32,000 nucleotides of DNA from Gemmata obscuriglobus (GTDB lineage: Bacteria > Planctomycetota > Planctomycetia > Gemmatales > Gemmataceae). Shown here in pieces: positions 16,202-24,992 of this stretch. The notes under the pieces are model-generated. The model saw only the letters and a program-made list of their open reading frames with translations. It was not told the DNA's origin and did no database searches. Where the stretch lies: assembly GCF_008065095.1 (NCBI RefSeq), contig NZ_CP042911.1, positions 180,001 through 212,000 on the forward strand, given 5' to 3'. Made by a program: the position numbers and the translations under genes. Every line of letters starts with the position of its first letter. Positions within the stretch are counted from its first letter, which is position 1.

Positions 16202-17281
16202 ATGCCGCACGATTCTGGAAAACTGATGAGGCTGGGCGTGCTATGCTGCCGGAACTGTCACCCGGTCCGAATGTGCAATCCGATGCCGACCGAATTAGAA
16301 GACAAGCAACAGAAACAACGAGAACGCAGGCAAGCGCTTGCGGTCATCGCTTTGGGCTTACTGGCATTGGACGGGTGGGTTGCTTTTGCTTGGGTTCACC
16401 AGATCCGATCGGCCTCGTTTCCCACGACCCCTGGTGTAGTCGTGGGGCACCACCGAGTACCGTCAGGGAAATCCACGAGGCCGGTGATCGTCTACGAGTA
16501 CGAAGTCGACGGAATTCAGCGCACTTCGGACTGCTGTTGGTACGATGCCGCGTTCATTATGCCGCCGCTCGAGCGCGAGTTAACGGCTCGCTTCCCGATC
16601 GGCGCCCAGGTGTCGGTGTCCTACAATCCGGCGGACCCGGCCGATGCTGTGCTGCTTCCAGGGCTTCAAGGGGCGCACGTCTTTGGGTTGTTGTGGTTAA
16701 TTGCGCTAAACTTGTGCCCCTGGGGCATCACACAAGCCATGCGCGAGTCGCCGCCGGATGATTACGTCAAACACACGATTCGTTTCACCAAGTTCGGCTG
16801 GCGAATCGTTCTCACGGCGGGCAAGTTTCCCGTGCCCAGTAGTTGGCTTTTTGTGTTTGCTCTGTTTTTTGGCGGCCCACTCCTGGCGGTAGTTTCAGGA
16901 CCATTCCCGACTACTAGTGAGGCCGTCCAAGTTTTGTTGGTGTCCTCATTGATGTTTGTGTTCGCCGCGTTCGGGTGTGCTTGGGTGCAACGCTGGAGGG
17001 CGCGGCTGGACGTGGATGTTGAAAAGCGAGAGCTGCGGTGGCGCTCGGGCCGGCTTCTTGATGGTACGTTTCGACTCCCGTTCGAGGCCGTTGTGGATGT
17101 TCGGACTGCCGAACACGAGGACCACCGGGGGATTCGCACTCGCCGCCTTGAGATCGACTGGTACACAACGAAAGATCGAACGCAAACACTCGTCATTCCC
17201 GGTGGCGCGAATTGGGCTGCGGTCGAAGCCGTTGCCGCCCGGTTGCGCGAGACCGTGTTCGGTGCTTCGACTCTCGACTGA
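16202..17281 (+). CDS. DUF3592-like membrane protein with a C-terminal extension
   Basis: Track ORF 16196..17281. The start is ambiguous (GTG 16196 overlapping the upstream stop, ATG 16202, ATG 16283). A TM helix is followed by a DUF3592-type beta segment (PGVVVGHHRV......PVIVYEYEVDG...FPIGAQVSVSYNPADPADAVL), then more TM helices and a soluble tail. G+C is visibly lower than in neighbouring genes. Confidence 0.7.
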   Translation: MPHDSGKLMRLGVLCCRNCHPVRMCNPMPTELEDKQQKQRERRQALAVIALGLLALDGWVAFAWVHQIRSASFPTTPGVVVGHHRVPSGKSTRPVIVYEYEVDGIQRTSDCCWYDAAFIMPPLERELTARFPIGAQVSVSYNPADPADAVLLPGLQGAHVFGLLWLIALNLCPWGITQAMRESPPDDYVKHTIRFTKFGWRIVLTAGKFPVPSSWLFVFALFFGGPLLAVVSGPFPTTSEAVQVLLVSSLMFVFAAFGCAWVQRWRARLDVDVEKRELRWRSGRLLDGTFRLPFEAVVDVRTAEHEDHRGIRTRRLEIDWYTTKDRTQTLVIPGGANWAAVEAVAARLRETVFGASTLD

Positions 17282-17451
17282 GTCAACCTCGTTTATTCCA
17301 CTGTGAGATAAAGGATTTCCTTGTCCAATTTGGGAGTGGGGGGAACCATCAGGTTGTTCATCTTTTGCGGTAAGTATTTCTGTTTTCAACCGATGCGCGG
17401 GGTCATATCCTCTACAGCGCTCCCCACACTCACTCTGATGAGGCCGACGAG

Positions 17452-19497
17452 ATGAGCACCTTCACCGCGCTCGACACCACCGCGATCAACACCATTCGTA
17501 CGCTCGCCATGGACGCGGTGCAGAAGGCCAACTCCGGGCACCCGGGCGCGCCGATGGGGCTGGCGCCGGTCGCGTACACGCTGTGGAACAAGTTCCTCAA
17601 CTACGACCCCGCCGACCCGATGTGGCCGAACCGCGACCGGTTCGTGCTGTCGAACGGCCACGCGTCGATGCTGACGTACTCGCTGATCCACCTGGCGCAG
17701 ATCAAGAACGTCGACCACGACGGCAAGGTGCACGACGAGCCGTCGCTGCCGATCGAACAGTTGCAGCGGTTCCGCCAACTCAACAGCAAGACCCCGGGGC
17801 ACCCCGAGAACGAGTACACCGCCGGCGTCGAGACCACGACCGGCCCGCTGGGCACCGGGGTGGGCAACGCGGTCGGCATGGCGATCGCGCAGAAGTGGCG
17901 GGCCGGGTACTACGGCCGCCCGGGGTTCGAGCCCCTGTTCGAGCACCGCGTGTACGCGATCTGCGGCGACGGGTGCATGATGGAGGGCGTGGCGAGCGAG
18001 GCCGCGTCGCTCGCCGGGCACCTGAAGCTCAACAACCTCACGCTGATCTACGACGACAACGGCATCACCATCGACGGGCACACGCACCTCGCGTTCTCGG
18101 AGGACGTGGCGAAGCGGTTCGAGGCCTACGGCTGGAACGTCCTGCGGGTCAACGACGGCAACGACCTGGAGGGCATGGCGAACGCGATCGCGGCGTCCAA
18201 GACCGCCGACCGCCCGACGCTGATCGTGCTGAAGACGGTGATCGGGTACGGGTCGCCGAACAAGGCCGACACGCACGGCGCCCACGGCGAGCCGCTCGGC
18301 GCCGACGAGATCAAGCTCACGAAGAAGGCGTACGGCTGGCCGGAGGACTCGTCGTTCCTGGTCCCGGACGGGGTTTACGACCTGTTCAAGAGCGGCATCG
18401 GCGCCCGCGGCGCCGCCGCCCGGGCCGCGTGGCAGAAGCTGTTCGAAGAGTACACCGCGAAGTACCCGACGGAGGCCGCGGAACTGGCCGCGATGGAGAA
18501 GCGCGACCTGCCCGCCGGTTGGGACAAGGACATCCCGGTGTTCCCGGCCGACCCGAAGGGCCTCGCCACCCGCGAAAGCTCCGGCACGGTGCTGAACGCG
18601 CTCGCGAAGACCGTGCCGTGGATCGTGGGCGGGTCCGCGGACCTGAACCCGTCCACCAAGACGTTCCTGAAGGACAAGGGCGTGTTCTCGCCCAAGAACT
18701 GGGCCGGGCGCAACGTCCACTTCGGCGTCCGCGAGCACGGCATGGGCGCCATCATGAACGGCATGGCGCTGTCGAAGCTCCGCAGCTACGGCTCGGGCTT
18801 CCTCATCTTCTCGGACTACGGCCGCCCGCCGATCCGCCTCGCCGCGATCATGGGCCTGCCGGTGCTGTACGTGTTCACCCACGACTCGATCGGGGTCGGC
18901 GAGGACGGCCCGACGCACCAGCCCATCGAACAACTGATGTCGCTGCGGGCGATGCCGAATCTGATCGTCATCCGCCCGGGCGACGCGAACGAGGTGGCCG
19001 AGGCGTACAAGGTGGCGGTGCAGGAGAAGCACCACCCGGTCGTGCTGGCGATGACTCGCCAGGCGCTGCCGACGCTGGACCGCTCGAAGTACAACGCCGC
19101 GTCCGGGCTGGCGAAGGGCGGGTACGCGGTCAACAACGTGCCGAGCCCGGACGTGGTCCTCATCGCCACCGGCAGCGAGCTGTCGCTGGCGCTGGACGCG
19201 TCGGACAAGCTCGCGGCCGAGGGCATCAAGGCCCGCGTGGTGAGCCTGCCGAGCTGGGAGCTGTTCGAGAAGCAGGACAAGTCCTACCGCGACAGCGTCA
19301 TCCCGCCGGACGTGAAGGCCCGCGTGTGCGTGGAGATGGGCGCGGCGTTCGGGTGGGAGCGGTACGCGGGGACCACGGGCGCCATCATCGCGATGCGGTC
19401 GTTCGGCGCGTCGGCCCCGCTGAAGGACCTGCTCAAGCACTTCGGGTTCACGGTCGAAGCCGTCGTGAAGGCCGCGAAGGAACAGGTCGGGAAGTGA
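17452..19497 (+). CDS. tkt: Transketolase
   Basis: 681 aa. Classic motifs are present: [37 protein letters not shown]...[22 protein letters not shown] and the C-terminal domain. Confidence 0.95.
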   Translation: MSTFTALDTTAINTIRTLAMDAVQKANSGHPGAPMGLAPVAYTLWNKFLNYDPADPMWPNRDRFVLSNGHASMLTYSLIHLAQIKNVDHDGKVHDEPSLPIEQLQRFRQLNSKTPGHPENEYTAGVETTTGPLGTGVGNAVGMAIAQKWRAGYYGRPGFEPLFEHRVYAICGDGCMMEGVASEAASLAGHLKLNNLTLIYDDNGITIDGHTHLAFSEDVAKRFEAYGWNVLRVNDGNDLEGMANAIAASKTADRPTLIVLKTVIGYGSPNKADTHGAHGEPLGADEIKLTKKAYGWPEDSSFLVPDGVYDLFKSGIGARGAAARAAWQKLFEEYTAKYPTEAAELAAMEKRDLPAGWDKDIPVFPADPKGLATRESSGTVLNALAKTVPWIVGGSADLNPSTKTFLKDKGVFSPKNWAGRNVHFGVREHGMGAIMNGMALSKLRSYGSGFLIFSDYGRPPIRLAAIMGLPVLYVFTHDSIGVGEDGPTHQPIEQLMSLRAMPNLIVIRPGDANEVAEAYKVAVQEKHHPVVLAMTRQALPTLDRSKYNAASGLAKGGYAVNNVPSPDVVLIATGSELSLALDASDKLAAEGIKARVVSLPSWELFEKQDKSYRDSVIPPDVKARVCVEMGAAFGWERYAGTTGAIIAMRSFGASAPLKDLLKHFGFTVEAVVKAAKEQVGK

Positions 19498-19520
19498 GTT
19501 GAGGAGATAGCTTTTGACAA

Positions 19521-19579
19521 GATGAACAGGATTTGAAAGGCAGCAGAAAGTGGCTTCTGCCTTTCAAATCCTGTTCATC
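19521..19579. terminator. Perfect 23-bp stem / 13-nt loop hairpin between convergent genes (putative bidirectional terminator)
   Basis: gatgaacaggatttgaaaggcag-cagaaagtggctt-ctgcctttcaaatcctgttcatc. It lies between the tkt stop (19497) and the stop of the minus-strand gene at 19668. Confidence 0.6.
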
Positions 19580-19667
19580 CTGTCGATCCCGTCAAAAATG
19601 CTGCCCCACCGATCAACGCCGGCAGGTAACGCTCACCGTCACCAGCGCCTTTCAATCGGACTTGATA

Positions 19668-20624
19668 TCAGTCATCCAAATCCCAGACGGCGAGCTTCTT
19701 CGACGAGCCGCCGACGGTCGCGGCTAGGCCATCTGGTGCGATAGCCGCGTCGTTCACCTTCCCAACTCCCCAGTCCCACGGTCCGCGCATCTGCCCGGTG
19801 CCGCTCTCGATGGCACACACCAATTTACTCTCGAAACAGTGAGCGATGAACCGTCGGGCGTCTGCGCAAAGCGAGAGTTTGGGCGTGGACTCGCAGTGCG
19901 GCAGCTCCACCGTCAAATCGAGGTGGAAGCCATTCCTCCCGACCGAGTAGATCAACACGCGCTGGTGGTCCGAGACGTAGTAGCGGCCGTCGGAGCCGAC
20001 CAAGAACCCGTTACAATGTTCTGTCGTACCCACCGGCTTCGTTACCCTCGCTTCCGGCTGCGCGAGGTCGCCGCTCCAGTACGCAACCCCGCCGCGCTCG
20101 CGTGACCAGCAATCAATCACGATTTGGCTCGTTCCAGGAACGGTGGTCACGTGCTGACAATCGGTATCCGAGAAGCCGCTGTACTCGAACTCCGTGAGGT
20201 TAGGCAAGCGCCAGTAGCGGAAATCGTAACGGGTGACGCGGCGCTCCGTCCGGCCGAACCAGAAGGTCGAATCGCCGGTGAAACACATCCGGGAATAGAA
20301 GACGCGGTCGGGGAAGCGATATTTGTTCCAGCCGCGGAGCAGGCAACGGCTCTCGGCATTCGGCGCGTCCGGCGGTGCGAACGAGCCGACTTTAAAAAGA
20401 GTTGGAGCTTCAAAACCGGTGACCGCGAGCCAGTGACCGTCGGGCGAAACATCGAGCCAGCCGTCGAACCGATCCTCTGCGGTCTCACGGGCGACAAGCA
20501 CGCGGCCGGTACCGCCGGCCGGGTACGCCCAGAGTTCACCGCCGGTCAGCGCGAACAGCGTCCCGTCCGGCCCGTAGGCGACGGACTGCACGCGCGACGA
20601 ATGCCGGTATGTACGCACGCTCAC
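19668..20624 (-). CDS. Hypothetical WD40-like beta-propeller protein
   Basis: 318 aa with a GTG start. It has degenerate WD-type units (VQSVAYGPDGTLFALTGG; DVSPDGHWLAVTG; AAIAPDGLAATVGGSSKKLAVWDLDD). It lies 27 nt downstream of the STAS gene on the same strand. Confidence 0.65.
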   Translation of the reverse strand: MSVRTYRHSSRVQSVAYGPDGTLFALTGGELWAYPAGGTGRVLVARETAEDRFDGWLDVSPDGHWLAVTGFEAPTLFKVGSFAPPDAPNAESRCLLRGWNKYRFPDRVFYSRMCFTGDSTFWFGRTERRVTRYDFRYWRLPNLTEFEYSGFSDTDCQHVTTVPGTSQIVIDCWSRERGGVAYWSGDLAQPEARVTKPVGTTEHCNGFLVGSDGRYYVSDHQRVLIYSVGRNGFHLDLTVELPHCESTPKLSLCADARRFIAHCFESKLVCAIESGTGQMRGPWDWGVGKVNDAAIAPDGLAATVGGSSKKLAVWDLDD

Positions 20625-20651
20625 ACCCGTTACCGAGATTCCGCGCCACGT

Positions 20652-21011
20652 TCACTTATGGACGGCCGCCAGCGCCTCTTCCCGCGTGAGATGAACCGGC
20701 AGCAGTTGGGTGAGCTTGGTCATCGTCAGCATCGAGAGTACGGCCTCGGTCGGGCGGTACACCGCAATCGCGCCTTCGCCCCGCACCTGATTCGCCAGCC
20801 CCACCAGGAGCCGCAGGCCGAGGCTCCCGGCGTACTCGAGGTGGGTCAGATCGAACACGAACCGCCGCACCCCGGCGCGGTACACTTCCTGAACCTGCGG
20901 GTGCAACTCTTCAACCGCCTCCGGGTCCAACTTTCCCAGCAGCGCAATCACGACCGCGCGGTTGTCCGGGGTGAACTCGAACTGACAGGCGAATGTGGGC
21001 TTCTTCGACAT
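20652..21011 (-). CDS. STAS-domain protein (anti-sigma-factor antagonist family)
   Basis: This is the 3' part of track ORF 20652..21998, with the start at ATG 21011. It is 119 aa. The pattern LLGKLD......L...V.......FVFDL..L.Y.GS.GL..LVG and its length are typical of SpoIIAA/RsbV-like proteins. Confidence 0.85.
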   Translation of the reverse strand: MSKKPTFACQFEFTPDNRAVVIALLGKLDPEAVEELHPQVQEVYRAGVRRFVFDLTHLEYAGSLGLRLLVGLANQVRGEGAIAVYRPTEAVLSMLTMTKLTQLLPVHLTREEALAAVHK

Positions 21012-21080
21012 GGGCCGGCTCAGTTGGAGAGGGTGTCGCTGGATCGAGTATAACGAACGGCACCTTCCGGAGTACCCCAA

Positions 21081-22076
21081 ATGTTCTCCGCCCTCCTCGC
21101 CGCCGCTCTGGCGGTTCCCGCGCCGGTGCCGTCCGGGCCGGGCACGAAAGCCCTTCGCGACGCGGTGACCGCGGCTCTCGGGCCGCTGCGCCTCGGAGCC
21201 GTTGGTCACGCCGAGCAGAAAACGTGCTTCGCGTGTCACAACCAGGCCCCGCCGATGTTCGCATTCGCCACCGCGAAAGGGCACGGGTTCGAACTGCCCG
21301 CGTCGCTGTTCACCTCTCAGGCCACGCACGTGCTCGGGTTCCTCGAAACGAACCGCACGCGGTTCAAGAACGGCACCGGCACCGGCGGTGCGGCGGCCAC
21401 CGCGGGCTACGCCCTGTTCACACTCGAACTGGCCGGTCACAAGCCGGACGAGGACACCGCCGCCGTCGCGGGCTACCTCCTGACCACCCAGGCCGATCGC
21501 GACCACTGGCGCACCACCTCGAACCGTCCGCCCACGGAGGCGAGCGACTTCACAACGACGTATTTCGCCCTCCGGGCGCTGCGAGTGTGGGGGCCGGGCG
21601 CGAAACTCGACGCGGACAAGGTCAAGACGCGCGCCGCAAGCGCCCGCGGGTGGCTCGCAAAAGCGGACGCGAAGGACACCGAGGACCGGGCCTTCCGGCT
21701 GCTGGCGCTGAAAGAGGTCGGGGCCGAGCGGAAGGAACTGGCCGCCGCCGCGTGGGAGCTGCTCCGCAGGCAACGCCCGGACGGTAGCTGGGCGCAGCTC
21801 GACGGTGGGCGTGGGGACGCTTACGCAACGGGGCTGGCGCTGGTAGCCCTGCACGCTGGCGGCGAACTGAAGGCGGACGCGCCCGCGTATCGCGCAGGGA
21901 CCGCCTACCTGCTGAAAACGCAGCGGGCGGACGGGACGTGGTTCGTGAAGTCGCGGAGCAAGCCGTTCCAGCCGTACTACGAGAGCGGCTTCCCGCACGA
22001 GAAGGACCAGTTCATCTCGATCGCGGCGAGCGGTTGGGCCGCCGCCGCACTCACGTTCGCGCTGCCCGGCAAATAA
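21081..22076 (+). CDS. Secreted prenyltransferase/squalene-oxidase-repeat-like (alpha/alpha toroid) protein with an N-terminal CxxCH motif
   Basis: 331 aa with a short signal-like N-terminus. CFACH is present at about residues 49-53. Repeats of the type RPDGSWAQ / RADGTWFV and D.Y.TG.AL.AL are typical of terpenoid-cyclase/prenyltransferase-like repeats. The family call is tentative. Confidence 0.7.
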   Translation: MFSALLAAALAVPAPVPSGPGTKALRDAVTAALGPLRLGAVGHAEQKTCFACHNQAPPMFAFATAKGHGFELPASLFTSQATHVLGFLETNRTRFKNGTGTGGAAATAGYALFTLELAGHKPDEDTAAVAGYLLTTQADRDHWRTTSNRPPTEASDFTTTYFALRALRVWGPGAKLDADKVKTRAASARGWLAKADAKDTEDRAFRLLALKEVGAERKELAAAAWELLRRQRPDGSWAQLDGGRGDAYATGLALVALHAGGELKADAPAYRAGTAYLLKTQRADGTWFVKSRSKPFQPYYESGFPHEKDQFISIAASGWAAAALTFALPGK

Positions 22077-22091
22077 GCCGCTGTGAAACCC

Positions 22092-22123
22092 GAGCGGCCA
22101 AGGACCGAAGGCCCTGGCCGCTC
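22092..22123. terminator. GC-rich hairpin between convergent genes
   Basis: gagcggcca...tggccgctc forms a 9-bp perfect stem, with extra internal pairs. It lies between the stops at 22076 (+) and 22146 (-). Confidence 0.45.
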
Positions 22124-22145
22124 GCTATCGCAATTCAGGCCGCAC

Positions 22146-22904
22146 TCACTTCTTGATCGGCTTGTACTCAACCTTCTTGAAGGTCATCACGCTGCCCGGG
22201 TCGTGCCCCTGGAGCGCGAAGTGGCCCTTCTTGTAGGTCTCGTTCGGGTCCTTGAAGTCCACCGTCTTCTTGCCGTTCACGATGATCTGGATGTGGTTTC
22301 CCTCGGCGATCACCTCTTGGGTGAAGAACTCGTTGGCCTTGTGCGGGGCGTCCTTCAGCACCACGATTTTCTTCCGGTCCTCGTCGCTCAGCTTGAACGC
22401 CGGGTACAGGCTCCCGGTGCGGATCTGGTCGGTGTGGGTGGCGTTGATCTGTACTTCGTAGCCCTGGGGAAAGCCCGGGCCGAACTTCGTGCGGAGGTAC
22501 ATCCCGCTGTTGCCCTTGTCGTTGATCTTCGCCTCGACCTTGAAGTGGCAGTTGTCGGCTTCCGTTTCCGTGAAGATGTGCGACGCCGGGCCGCCGCCGA
22601 CGATCATACCGTCCTTCACCTGCCACAGGGTCACTTCTTTGCCCGGGGTGCCGTCCTTGGAGTCCTTCAGGATGCCTACGAAGGCGGTCACCTTGCCGGC
22701 GTCGTTCTTCACTTCCTTCACGCCCTTGAACTGCCCACTCGGCGGGTTCGGGATCTTCCAGCCGGTGAGGTCCTTGCCGTTGAACAGTTGGACCCATTCG
22801 TCGTCCGCGGCGCGAGCGGACCGGGGGGCGGCGGCAGAAGCCAGGGCAACCGCCGCGACCAGCGCAACCAGCGCGGACGGACGGGAGAGGCATCGGGATT
22901 GCAT
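22146..22904 (-). CDS. DUF1080 (3-keto-disaccharide hydrolase-like) secreted protein
   Basis: 252 aa with a signal peptide. Hallmarks are W..LFNGKDL.GW near the N-terminus, GNSG.Y.R, YE.QI, HI.I..NG and GH.ALQGHD.GS...F+.V near the C-terminus. Confidence 0.9.
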   Translation of the reverse strand: MQSRCLSRPSALVALVAAVALASAAAPRSARAADDEWVQLFNGKDLTGWKIPNPPSGQFKGVKEVKNDAGKVTAFVGILKDSKDGTPGKEVTLWQVKDGMIVGGGPASHIFTETEADNCHFKVEAKINDKGNSGMYLRTKFGPGFPQGYEVQINATHTDQIRTGSLYPAFKLSDEDRKKIVVLKDAPHKANEFFTQEVIAEGNHIQIIVNGKKTVDFKDPNETYKKGHFALQGHDPGSVMTFKKVEYKPIKK

Positions 22905-23224
22905 ATGCGGGCTCCAGTAAAAGTTGGCCGAATCGCGACGTGCGCGATTCCGGAGCCAATCCTACCGGTAGGCGCGGTGTGGTTCCAGCGTTCGGAGCAA
23001 TCAATCGTTACGACGCCACCATCACACCCCGAAAAAATCACCCAGAGTGTGCAGATTTCGTTGCCTACCATTTGGATCGCCAGTACGTTGTTTGTCGTCG
23101 GGCCGGGCTGGGCAGTTTGGGCAATTTGATTGCCTCACGGTTCGCGCCGACGATTCACCGGGCCGGGTCGCAGCAGGGACGTAGCGGTCGCCCCACTCCC
23201 CATCCCGTTAGTGGAGGCTTCGCA

Positions 23225-24565
23225 ATGAAAAGGCGTTTGTTGGGTGTCGCCCTGCTGGGAACCGCAGTGCTGTTCGTGGCCGGCGAAGCTCAGGGCTTCG
23301 GCGGCCGCAAGAAGAAGAGCGACTGCGAGACCCCGTGCGCCCCGGCCTCGACCGTCGGTTGTGGCAGCTACGTCACCAACTACGTTGACCAGAAGGTGAA
23401 GGTCAACGAGTGGGTCACCGTTAAGGAAGAGTACAAGTACTGGGTCAACGAGCCGGTCACCAAGAAGGAGAAGGTGACGGTCAAGGAAGCGGCCTGGAAG
23501 GACGAGAGCTTCAAGTACACCGTCAACGAGCTGGTCACCAGCAAGGAGAAGGTGACGGTCAAGGAGCCGGCCTGGAAGGACGAGAGCTTCAAGTACACCG
23601 TCAACGAGCTGGTCACCAGCAAGGAGAAGGTGACGGTTAAGGAAGCGGCCTGGAAGGACGAGTCCTTCAAGTACACCGCCAACGAGTGGGTGACGAGCAA
23701 GGAAAAGGTGAAGGTCGCCGAGTGCAAGGCCGTGACCAAGGACGTCGAGTACACGAGCTACAGCTACACGCCGGTCGTGACCAAGCAGAAGAAGACGGTG
23801 TGCGAGTGGGTGTGCGTGCCGGTCACCGTGACCTGCGCCGCCCCGGCCCCCGCCCCGTGCGAGACCGGCAAGGTCGGGCTCTTCGGCCGGCTGTGCGGCA
23901 AGAAGAAGAGCGACTGCGCCCCGCCGTGCCCGACCCCCTGCGACGCCCCGTGCCCGCAGGTCGTCACCAAGACGGTCATGCAGCGCCAGCCGGTGACCCG
24001 CGAGGTCGAGGTGGACGTGACCACTTACAACAAGGTCGAGAAGAAGGAAAAGAAGCCGGTCACCACCTACGAGACCGTCTGGACCGAGAAGGAAGTGGAC
24101 GTCAAGAAGTGCGTGGCCGTTGAGAAGACCGGTACCCGCAAGGTGTGCCACTGGGTCGATGTGGCCAAGGAAGTGAACGTGACCAAGTGCGTGCCGGTCG
24201 AGAAGACCGGCACCCGCAAGGTGTGCCACTGGGTGGACGTGGCAAAGGAAGTGAACGTGACGAAGTGCGTGCCGGTCGAGAAGACCGGCACCCGCAAGGT
24301 GTGCCACTGGGTGGACGTGACCAAGGAAGTGGACATCACCACCTACAAGCAGGTCGAGAAGACCGGCACCCGCGACGTGAAGAAGTGCGTTCCGACGGAG
24401 AAGGTGGTGAAGGTCGCGGTCAGCACCTTCGTTCCGGCCCCGGCTCCGGCCCCGTGCGCTTCGCCGTGCGAAACCCCGTGCGCTCCGGCCATGACCGCCG
24501 GCTGCGGCAGCGCGGCTCCGGCCAAGGGCGGGCTGTTCAAGGGCAAGCTGTGCGGTTGCAAGTAA
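23225..24565 (+). CDS. Secreted Cys-, Lys- and Val-rich repeat protein (planctomycete-type)
   Basis: This is the 3' part of track ORF 22940..24565, with the start at ATG 23225 (MKRRLLGVALLGTAVLFVAGEAQG signal peptide). It has a bipartite architecture with two 26-aa repeat families and Cys/Pro-rich linkers. Confidence 0.85.
   Translation: MKRRLLGVALLGTAVLFVAGEAQGFGGRKKKSDCETPCAPASTVGCGSYVTNYVDQKVKVNEWVTVKEEYKYWVNEPVTKKEKVTVKEAAWKDESFKYTVNELVTSKEKVTVKEPAWKDESFKYTVNELVTSKEKVTVKEAAWKDESFKYTANEWVTSKEKVKVAECKAVTKDVEYTSYSYTPVVTKQKKTVCEWVCVPVTVTCAAPAPAPCETGKVGLFGRLCGKKKSDCAPPCPTPCDAPCPQVVTKTVMQRQPVTREVEVDVTTYNKVEKKEKKPVTTYETVWTEKEVDVKKCVAVEKTGTRKVCHWVDVAKEVNVTKCVPVEKTGTRKVCHWVDVAKEVNVTKCVPVEKTGTRKVCHWVDVTKEVDITTYKQVEKTGTRDVKKCVPTEKVVKVAVSTFVPAPAPAPCASPCETPCAPAMTAGCGSAAPAKGGLFKGKLCGCK
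23444..23716 (+). repeat. In-frame tandem repeat, 78-bp unit, about 3.5 copies
   Basis: Units start at 23444, 23522, 23600 and 23678. They encode VNE.VT.KEKVTVKE.AWKDESFKYT. Copies 2 and 3 are almost identical at the DNA level. Confidence 0.9.
24107..24373 (+). repeat. In-frame tandem repeat, 78-bp unit, about 3.4 copies
   Basis: Units start at 24107, 24185, 24263 and 24341. They encode KCV.VEKTGTRKVCHWVDV.KEV.(V/I)T. The first 56 nt of copies 2 and 3 are identical. Confidence 0.9.
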
Positions 24566-24583
24566 CCCGCTTTTGAAGTCCCC

Positions 24584-24620
24584 AAGACCCTCGGCGTGTG
24601 CCGGGGGTCTTTTCGTTTTT
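24584..24620 (+). terminator. Intrinsic (Rho-independent) terminator after the repeat-protein gene
   Basis: A 12-bp stem aagaccctcggc / gccgggggtctt (one G-U pair) with loop gtgt, followed by ttcgtttttc. Confidence 0.7.
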
Positions 24621-24992
24621 CTCCGCTCGTCAGCCGGGTATCATCGGGCCGAACACCCGACGGAGTATCGCAATGACCCGCTGCCGCGCCGTTCTCGCCT
24701 TCGCCGCCTTCCTCTTCATCATCGCGGGCACGCCGGCGGCCGAGCCGGAGGTGCTGAAGCTGCCGATCCGAAAGATCGCCGAGGTGACGAAGTTTAAAAC
24801 GGTCACCAACCCGGGAGCCAAGGAAAAGAAGCAGGTCCTCACCTCGGAGATGGCACCGGTGTTCACGACTTACGAGGTGGACCCGAAGAAGTGCGCGGTC
24901 GTGGTCTGCGACATGTGGGACGACCACTGGTGTAAGAGCGCCTCGAAACGGTGCGGCGAACTCGCCAAGCGAACCGAACCGGTGCTGAAGGC

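Noticed and set aside
17386-19440. Very long ORFs antisense to, or out of frame with, the called genes. Examples: 684 aa opposite tkt; 28514..30067 opposite ettA; 8587..9846 and 7288..8478 opposite the speE-like gene; 6216..7280 opposite the Hsp70-like gene; 11426..13288 and 10031..11314; 17583..19502 in an alternative frame.
   Set aside because: Their translations are dominated by R/G/A/P/H/V runs with no recognisable motifs. This is typical of shadow ORFs in high-GC DNA, where stop codons are rare. In every case the other strand or frame gives a well-recognised protein with G/C-rich third positions.
23444-24373. Regularly spaced 78-bp repeats that might at first look like a CRISPR-like or satellite array
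   Set aside because: The repeats are directly adjacent with no spacers. They are in frame within one long ORF that has a signal peptide, and they vary mostly at synonymous or conservative positions. They are coding tandem repeats.
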